From the NCBI GenBank assembly GCA_046861395.1, contig JBHHUC010000018.1, positions 1 to 36,071 of the forward strand: DNA of 36,071 nt, read 5' to 3'. Source of the DNA: Fidelibacterota bacterium. Its GTDB lineage: Bacteria; Fidelibacterota; Marinisomatia; Marinisomatales; JABMOV01. Shown here piece after piece: positions 30,081 to 36,071 of the stretch. Position 1 is the first letter of the stretch; each line of letters opens with the position of its first letter. The position numbers were made by a program, and so were the translations under genes. The notes beneath the pieces are model-generated. The model did no database searches and was not told where the DNA came from. It worked only from the letters and a program-made list of their open reading frames with translations.

Positions 30081-31304
30081 CTAACGGAACAAGTCTTTTA
30101 CAGCGGTCACCTTACCGTCGGCCTGCGGATTGGGAATCAGTCCAAGGATTTTTGCGATTATGGGATATACCATGATATTTTGAATTTCAGCCCGCTGATA
30201 AGCATTTTTAAAGGCCGGTCCGTCGGCGATGAAGATGGCTTGCATACTCCGTAATTGATTGTCATATCCGTGCGTGGCGCCCCGGGTCAGGGAAGCAAGA
30301 TATTCAGGGTCATGGGCCCGCTTCAGGTTGGGGATGCTCCAACCTTCATCGGCAACGAGTAATACATCCTTGATACGATAATGATTCCGGTAATGGTACC
30401 GCTTCGGGATATCTGCTTTGCGGTATGCATTTAGGTGGGGAATGCGGTTCAACTGTCTAACTAGTCGGCGGGCGCGCCATCCCTTGACTGGATAGAGAAA
30501 GGAAAAAGGCCCGGATCGTTCCTGGGTAATTCCAGTCAGATCAATCTTTTCAGGGAATTGGATGATTTTTTCCGGAGAAAGATCCACCATGCCATGATCG
30601 CTAACAACGATAATATTTAATCGGTCATAAATGGGAAGAGCCACCATGGTGCGCATGATGTATCCTAGTAAAGAATCCAAGGCCGCCACTTTTTGTTCCG
30701 TTTCGGCGGATCGGACACCGAAATGGTGACTGGTTTCATCCGGTTCGTGAAAATACAGGGTTACCAAATGGGGGCGACGGTTTTCTGGCAGGGAAAACCA
30801 GGCGGCTACCGAATCAACCCGGTCGAAAAAGGGCATGTGATGGTCATACCGTTTCCAGATGGAAGGTTGAAGACCTGCGACAGGGGCCTCAGAACCGACC
30901 CAGAACATGGATGCGGATTTTACGCCCTGTTGTTCGGCCGTAACCCAGATGGGTTCTCCACCGTAGAATCGCGCATCTTCCACTTTGGTGCGGTCACTTA
31001 ACCGGTAGGTTTCATCCAATTTTTCATCATAGAAGTAATTGTCGATCAGGCCATGATTTTCGATATACATTCCGGTTGCCAGTGTATAATGGTTGGGAAA
31101 TGTCTTGGTAACATAAACCGGTTGCATATGTTCGGCCCGGACACCGGCCTCAGCCAGCGCGTGAAAATGGGGTGTAGGGTACCAGTCCAAATAGTCAGCT
31201 CGAAAACCATCAAAGGAAATGAGCAAAACATAGGGAACATCACGGTCCTGGCCCAGGGCCAGGCTCCAAAGCGATAGAAAAACAAGGCAGATACGTTGTA
31301 TCAT
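30081..31304 (-). CDS. Secreted ectonucleotide pyrophosphatase/phosphodiesterase (type I phosphodiesterase)
   Basis: LISFDGFR, TKTFPNHYTLATG, LYFHEPD..SH, VSDHGM and HGYDN motifs; signal peptide. Confidence 0.94.
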   Translation of the reverse strand: MIQRICLVFLSLWSLALGQDRDVPYVLLISFDGFRADYLDWYPTPHFHALAEAGVRAEHMQPVYVTKTFPNHYTLATGMYIENHGLIDNYFYDEKLDETYRLSDRTKVEDARFYGGEPIWVTAEQQGVKSASMFWVGSEAPVAGLQPSIWKRYDHHMPFFDRVDSVAAWFSLPENRRPHLVTLYFHEPDETSHHFGVRSAETEQKVAALDSLLGYIMRTMVALPIYDRLNIIVVSDHGMVDLSPEKIIQFPEKIDLTGITQERSGPFSFLYPVKGWRARRLVRQLNRIPHLNAYRKADIPKRYHYRNHYRIKDVLLVADEGWSIPNLKRAHDPEYLASLTRGATHGYDNQLRSMQAIFIADGPAFKNAYQRAEIQNIMVYPIIAKILGLIPNPQADGKVTAVKDLFR

Positions 31305-32290
31305 CTGAAGTCCTCCCGAGAAGTTGTGTCGGGCCAGGGTACGAACAGGAGAATTGTTCGTGGATGCTTATCCGTGATGATGATGAAGCCTTGGTCACCG
31401 TAACGGGCAATACCTTCCCAGTTATGCGACTGCGAATCACTTGGTGGAATATTCAGCGGTGGTGTAGGTGTGACAAAAATATGGTTGTCACGATATTCCA
31501 TTTCCAGGAGGCGTTCCACGGCTGTGCCCGGTTTCACGGCCTTACCGCCCGGTAGAAAAGGATCCGGGGCTGGTTTCAATAGTCGGTAATCACCGGGCCA
31601 GAGATAGTTGATGACCCAGAATTTTCCCGTCTCATCCATGTCTGTGGCATCGGTGATGCGATATTCTATGGTGGGAAAGGGTATTTTATCAACGACCTGT
31701 AAATCCGGTCCTAATACCGGTTGCCAGGGATCTTCGTTGACTCGAGCACCATTTGCTTCGTAAAGGGGAATGTATTGACCATCCACGCTGATCAGGGATT
31801 CGTAAGCCATATTGCGTTTTTTCCGCGGAGTCATAATTTCGACGGTGCGGGAAGGGTCAAGTGAAATGCCTTTTTCAAGCGATGGGAATTGTCCCTGAAT
31901 GGCCAGTGCTGACATTTCATGGCCATGGTTAATTTCCACCATGAGAGTTACCAGTGTATCCTCGATCAGTATGGCTTCGAACCCTTCAAATCCGGAAATG
32001 AGCTGTTTGAATTCATCTCCCAGGAACGGCACCCTGATTGGTTGGACGGGGGGATGAGCCGGGTTTTCCAGACAGGAAGCAATGTCAGGCCGCGATAGTG
32101 CCACGATGTAGCCGGTGGGATACTGGGGCAATAGGATCAGATAATCCCGGTACCAGGCCAATGCGGAGTATTCCAGTTCAGGCTGATTGAACGGAGATGG
32201 TAGAGGGATCTCCACCGGCGGGTCGGCGCCTCGCAGACCGGACAGGAAAGCCAACAACAAAAATTGAATTAATCGCACATTTTTTTGCAT
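31301..32290 (-). CDS. Secreted hypothetical protein, probably a beta-propeller
   Basis: Start moved to MQKNVRLIQ (32290), giving a signal peptide and no overlap with pcm; repeated blade-like motifs EYSAL, GFEAI, AYESL and NWEGI. Confidence 0.6.
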   Translation of the reverse strand: MQKNVRLIQFLLLAFLSGLRGADPPVEIPLPSPFNQPELEYSALAWYRDYLILLPQYPTGYIVALSRPDIASCLENPAHPPVQPIRVPFLGDEFKQLISGFEGFEAILIEDTLVTLMVEINHGHEMSALAIQGQFPSLEKGISLDPSRTVEIMTPRKKRNMAYESLISVDGQYIPLYEANGARVNEDPWQPVLGPDLQVVDKIPFPTIEYRITDATDMDETGKFWVINYLWPGDYRLLKPAPDPFLPGGKAVKPGTAVERLLEMEYRDNHIFVTPTPPLNIPPSDSQSHNWEGIARYGDQGFIIITDKHPRTILLFVPWPDTTSREDFR

Positions 32291-32326
32291 TGAACCAGTA
32301 AATTCCTTCAAATTCAAGGGTCTAAG

Positions 32327-32968
32327 TTGAACAGGGACGAGGAACAATTCAAAGTGTTACGTTATCAGATGGTGGCAACACAATTACGGTCCCGCGGTAT
32401 ACGGGACGAACGTGTTCTGGCGGCCATGGAAACGGTTCCACGCCACCGGTTTATTCCCTCCGGAGATCGTTACCGGGCCTATGAAGACGGTCCCCTGCCC
32501 ATCGGATACGGTCAGACAATCAGTCAACCATATATCGTCGCTTTCATGACGGAATGTCTGTCGGTAGCGAAAAATACTTCCATTCTGGAAATCGGTACCG
32601 GCTGCGGCTATCAGACAGCCATTCTGGCCACGCTGGGTGCACGGTTGGTCAGTGTAGAACGGATAGCGGAACTGGCCGACAAAGCCCGGCAGCGTCTTGA
32701 ACAATTGGGGTTTCACGGTATCAGAATCATTCATGGCGACGGGTTTGACGGATATCCCGATGATGCCCCCTATGACCGGATCATGGTGACGGCTGCACCA
32801 CGGACCGTACCCGAGCCGCTGGTGGAACAATTGGCACCGGGCGGAATCATGGTATTGCCGGTGGGACGTTCACTGTTACGTCAGCATCTTGAAATAGTGG
32901 AAAAGGATAATGACGGCAAGGTGCGGACGATTCAGTCTATTGGTGTCCGATTTGTATCCATGGTTTAA
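32327..32968 (+). CDS. pcm: Protein-L-isoaspartate O-methyltransferase
   Basis: VPRHRF, PIGYGQTISQPY, LEIGTGCGYQ, APYDRI.VTAA and QLAPGG motifs. Confidence 0.96.
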   Translation: MNRDEEQFKVLRYQMVATQLRSRGIRDERVLAAMETVPRHRFIPSGDRYRAYEDGPLPIGYGQTISQPYIVAFMTECLSVAKNTSILEIGTGCGYQTAILATLGARLVSVERIAELADKARQRLEQLGFHGIRIIHGDGFDGYPDDAPYDRIMVTAAPRTVPEPLVEQLAPGGIMVLPVGRSLLRQHLEIVEKDNDGKVRTIQSIGVRFVSMV

Positions 32969-32985
32969 CGCCAACCTTTTCTGGA

Positions 32986-33714
32986 TTAATTCCGCAACGA
33001 AGCCTTGGAGAAGGTCCCTTCGGGGATATCGACATCAAATGCAATATCTTCGATGATAATTTCCGTGCCTTTCCCTTTTGAAAGGGCATCTTTGTACAGA
33101 ATTCTACGGGGATACCACCGTCCGTCTACCAACATGACCTCTTTTACGGTGGTTGTTTTCAACAGTGTCCCGCTGCGGGCAAACCGTTCTTCCCGCAATG
33201 CGATATGTCGTAGTTTATCCACAATCAGAAGGCGCTGGTAATAGGCCACAGCTTCAGTCCTTGCGGTGAGTCTGAGCCGCCAACAATCCCGCCCCTGAAA
33301 CCCCTCTGAGCCCAGGATTTCTACCTGATACATATCGGTGAGCCGTTGGTCCTCCAGCATGTCTTCATACGAAAGGTCGGAGCCCATGAGAGATTGTCTC
33401 AGCATATGACCTGCGATGCGAATCACCCGGTCGGATTGAGGCGAATAGACCCAGAGCTGATCGTTCACCTTTAGCATTTTTGTCCCTTTTTCCCGTGGCG
33501 GTGCAATATATTCGGTAAAGGATTTGGTATTGCCCTGAATCAGGGATTTGGCAGTGACCGTACGGGTCGTCCGGCGGCCGTGAATCACCAACGTGATCGT
33601 GGCAGAGCGGTTACCGGCCACGGCATTATGATCCAGCGCCCGGAGGATATCATCTCCTGAACGGGATTGTCCGGACAAAAAGGTCAATAGTAAAACGCAT
33701 AGTACATAAACCAT
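32986..33714 (-). CDS. Outer-membrane lipoprotein-sorting (LolA-like) protein
   Basis: P.REKGTKMLK...LW.YSP..DR and GSDLSYED motifs; start moved to MVYVLCV (33714), which gives a signal peptide after the upstream stop. Confidence 0.88.
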   Translation of the reverse strand: MVYVLCVLLLTFLSGQSRSGDDILRALDHNAVAGNRSATITLVIHGRRTTRTVTAKSLIQGNTKSFTEYIAPPREKGTKMLKVNDQLWVYSPQSDRVIRIAGHMLRQSLMGSDLSYEDMLEDQRLTDMYQVEILGSEGFQGRDCWRLRLTARTEAVAYYQRLLIVDKLRHIALREERFARSGTLLKTTTVKEVMLVDGRWYPRRILYKDALSKGKGTEIIIEDIAFDVDIPEGTFSKASLRN

Positions 33715-33715
33715 C

Positions 33716-34990
33716 TCAGACTTCCAGTTCTTTGAATAGTTGAGCCGTTTGACGACGATAGATTCCAATTCCGGCCAGTGCTGTCCCCAAGACAGTGGCC
33801 ATCGTGCCGGGAATAAAACCAATATACCAGGTCTCTGGTGTTATGGAGGCCCGGAATACGGTAGGAACCATCATATGAATGTTTTTCATCAATCCGCTGA
33901 TGTCCAGTCCAACGGTTTGCAACCAGTAGGCGCAGATCAACCCCAGGGCAGTACCGAAAACTGAACCGGCCAGACCCACGGCCAGCGATTCATAAATCAT
34001 GGAGCGGTAAATATGACCCTTAGGTTCTCCAATGGCCAGGCGAATCCCCACTTCTCCATACCGGCGAAGACCGCCTAACAGACCGATATTCCACAAAACC
34101 AGGGACATGACAGTGGCAAAAATTCCGATGATGATCAATCCCATTTTATCAGCTATATCCAGATATTCACCAAGGCCGCTGGTTTTTCTAAGCGTCGCCA
34201 TGAAAGGTGAAAATTCATCATCAGGATTGGAATAGCGCTGATTGAAGTCGCTTGCGATGGCCCGGGCTAGAGGATCATTGTATTTTCGTTGCGGAAAGAA
34301 CCCGAGTATTTCACCAGCTGCATCAGCCATATCCAATGCAGCCCGAATGTCGGATATATCCGCAATGATTGCTCCCCGATCCATGGCCTGGATGCCAAAC
34401 CTTACCGTTCCGGCCAGAGTAAAATTATAGATACTCATTCCGCCGTACATGGTGGAACTCAACAAGGACACCGATTGCCCTGGTTCAAGGTGTAATTTTT
34501 CTGCCAACCCATCACTAATGAGAATTTCCCCCGGATGTTGCGGCAGATGTCCCTGCACCAGGGACGATGCGATATTTAGGGTTTCTGTTTCTCGTGTTTC
34601 GGAATGCAATAGATCCACACCCATTCCCATGATCATTCCCTGGGCCCGGGTTTCTCCCATTTCACCGGGAACATCCAGAATGCCACCAAAATGAATACGC
34701 GGAACCCAGGTCATGTCAGGAAAATCGCGCTGTAGGCGATCAACCAGGACAGTGATTTCCAGCAGGGCCAGATCATTGGCTTCCTGACTGGTATTTTCTG
34801 CCATGGAGCGGGTCGTGATCTTTACATGTCCGGAGGAAAAACGGGCGTTATAATCAATCATATCAGTGAGAACACCGTGCAAGTAGGCCTGCATGAAGAC
34901 GGTAATCCACACACCGATGGTAACAACCAGCACCGGGAAAAGACTCCGTTGGCGATCGCGCAGCAAACCGCGGACCAGAAAACCGATCAT
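33716..34990 (-). CDS. ABC transporter permease (LolC/E, MacB/FtsX family)
   Basis: Start MIGFLVRGLLRD..RS at 34990; N-terminal TM, large periplasmic domain, RRYGEVGIRLAIG and C-terminal TMs. Confidence 0.9.
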   Translation of the reverse strand: MIGFLVRGLLRDRQRSLFPVLVVTIGVWITVFMQAYLHGVLTDMIDYNARFSSGHVKITTRSMAENTSQEANDLALLEITVLVDRLQRDFPDMTWVPRIHFGGILDVPGEMGETRAQGMIMGMGVDLLHSETRETETLNIASSLVQGHLPQHPGEILISDGLAEKLHLEPGQSVSLLSSTMYGGMSIYNFTLAGTVRFGIQAMDRGAIIADISDIRAALDMADAAGEILGFFPQRKYNDPLARAIASDFNQRYSNPDDEFSPFMATLRKTSGLGEYLDIADKMGLIIIGIFATVMSLVLWNIGLLGGLRRYGEVGIRLAIGEPKGHIYRSMIYESLAVGLAGSVFGTALGLICAYWLQTVGLDISGLMKNIHMMVPTVFRASITPETWYIGFIPGTMATVLGTALAGIGIYRRQTAQLFKELEV

Positions 34991-36071
34991 TGGATTTTCC
35001 CCCGGAGAGCGTCCGTTGGTTTCATTTTTACGATTCGTCGGGCCGGCAGGTAACTGACAAAGGTGGTTGTGGTCAGGACGATACACGTTGTCGTCAGAAT
35101 CAGACCTAAACTGTACACCGGGTAAATGGTTTCAGCGATGGTAAGTCCGAAATCATCGGTTCCGGCCGGCATGGTCCACCCTACCACAGCCTGGTATCCC
35201 AATAGGGGTATTCCGTAAAGAGCCGCCAGCAGGGCGGCCAACACCGAGTGGATGGCACCTTCGGTCGTAAACAACATGACGACTTGCCGTCGCGTCATTC
35301 CCAGGGCAATATGGGTGCCGATTTCCTTCTGCCGACGGAAAATGGATAGCACCTGGGTGTCGAAAATAGCCAGCATGGCCAGCGAGAGCAGGATAATAAA
35401 AAATATCTTACCCCCGATGGATTTCATGGCGATCATGTTCCGGATTTCCTCAAGCAGGAAATCATAGTCCTTGAATTCCCAGCCGGGGAAGGCGCCAAGA
35501 TATCCGGTTTCCGGGGAAGTCACCAGCAACGTGGCATGGTTTTCCAATTGCATCATGCTTTGTAAATCCGTTAACGGTAACCACAGAGAAGCCTGATCCA
35601 TCGTCAGTACGTTGGTTTTGAAAATGTAGACGATTACGATTTCCGTGGCATCGAATGTTCCGTAGTTGTCCCGCCAACGCACCGTGACCAGGTCGCCTAC
35701 CCGAAGATGATTATCCCGGGCCATACGTTGACCGATGATGGCGGGTATGGTATGACCATTAGTTTGCAAATAAGCAGTAGGTAACTTCAGGATGGTCTGT
35801 TCCGGCGGAATGCCTTTCAGAATAATATTCTGCATTCGGCCCTGGGGGTAAATGGCGGCAGGGACGAATAACAGTGGGACCAATCGGCCCCGGGAAATTT
35901 CAGTGACAATGGAAGGCGACAGTGCCGTATGGCTGCTGTCAAGTGTATAGGGATCATAGGGGTCGTAGTTTTGCTCCCAGTAAACACCGCCACCGATTTC
36001 CCAATCGATGGTATCGCGCTGGGCCTGCTGATCCCAGCCGTTGAGCAGTCCTTTGTTCCAGATAATAACAA
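34987..36071 (-). CDS. ABC transporter permease (LolC/E, MacB/FtsX family), 5' end beyond the window
   Basis: RRQKEIGT.IALGM and SYLPARRI.KMKP.DALRG motifs; the frame stays open from 35883 to the window edge (VIIWNKGLLNGWD...YDPYDP). Confidence 0.9.
   Translation of the reverse strand, partial: VIIWNKGLLNGWDQQAQRDTIDWEIGGGVYWEQNYDPYDPYTLDSSHTALSPSIVTEISRGRLVPLLFVPAAIYPQGRMQNIILKGIPPEQTILKLPTAYLQTNGHTIPAIIGQRMARDNHLRVGDLVTVRWRDNYGTFDATEIVIVYIFKTNVLTMDQASLWLPLTDLQSMMQLENHATLLVTSPETGYLGAFPGWEFKDYDFLLEEIRNMIAMKSIGGKIFFIILLSLAMLAIFDTQVLSIFRRQKEIGTHIALGMTRRQVVMLFTTEGAIHSVLAALLAALYGIPLLGYQAVVGWTMPAGTDDFGLTIAETIYPVYSLGLILTTTCIVLTTTTFVSYLPARRIVKMKPTDALRGKIQ

Noticed and set aside
34987..36071. Truncated or pseudogenised permease (ORF track starts at 35883)
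   Set aside because: The reading frame is open to the window edge, so the gene simply starts outside the window.

Overview
A gene-dense, mostly housekeeping bacterial window. Gene content and order (amiC-murI, eno-ftsB, folC-rho, rpmE-DUF1385-prfA-prmC, a DGGGP-synthase-like UbiA) suggest an FCB-group organism such as Ca. Marinimicrobia; this is an inference. From left to right: an AT-rich, foreign-looking gene (135-1031) with palindromic repeats upstream; amidohydrolase and trmH; murI and amidase; two outer-membrane hypotheticals; a GNAT-flippase-3xGT glycan locus; a Zn-ribbon protein; eno-ftsB; a motA-motB-secreted-protein operon with no flagellar genes nearby; folC; rho followed by a solitary Cas6b-like gene, then an aminotransferase, rpmE, DUF1385, prfA, prmC and a DGGGPS-like prenyltransferase; a CsgG/FlgT-like protein; NUDIX; TetR with its operator; a phosphodiesterase; pcm; and a LolA-like/ABC permease cluster running off the right edge. 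I saw no rRNA, tRNA, transposase, integrase or CRISPR array. The best candidate for a new system is the orphan Cas6b homologue (21118-22059). It sits in the rho operon, appears to lack the catalytic His pair and carries a charged disordered tail, so it may be a domesticated RNA-binding factor. The second candidate is an orphan Na+-type stator-like motor with a dedicated periplasmic partner (16272-18388). All family assignments come from motif recognition by eye; no searches were run.
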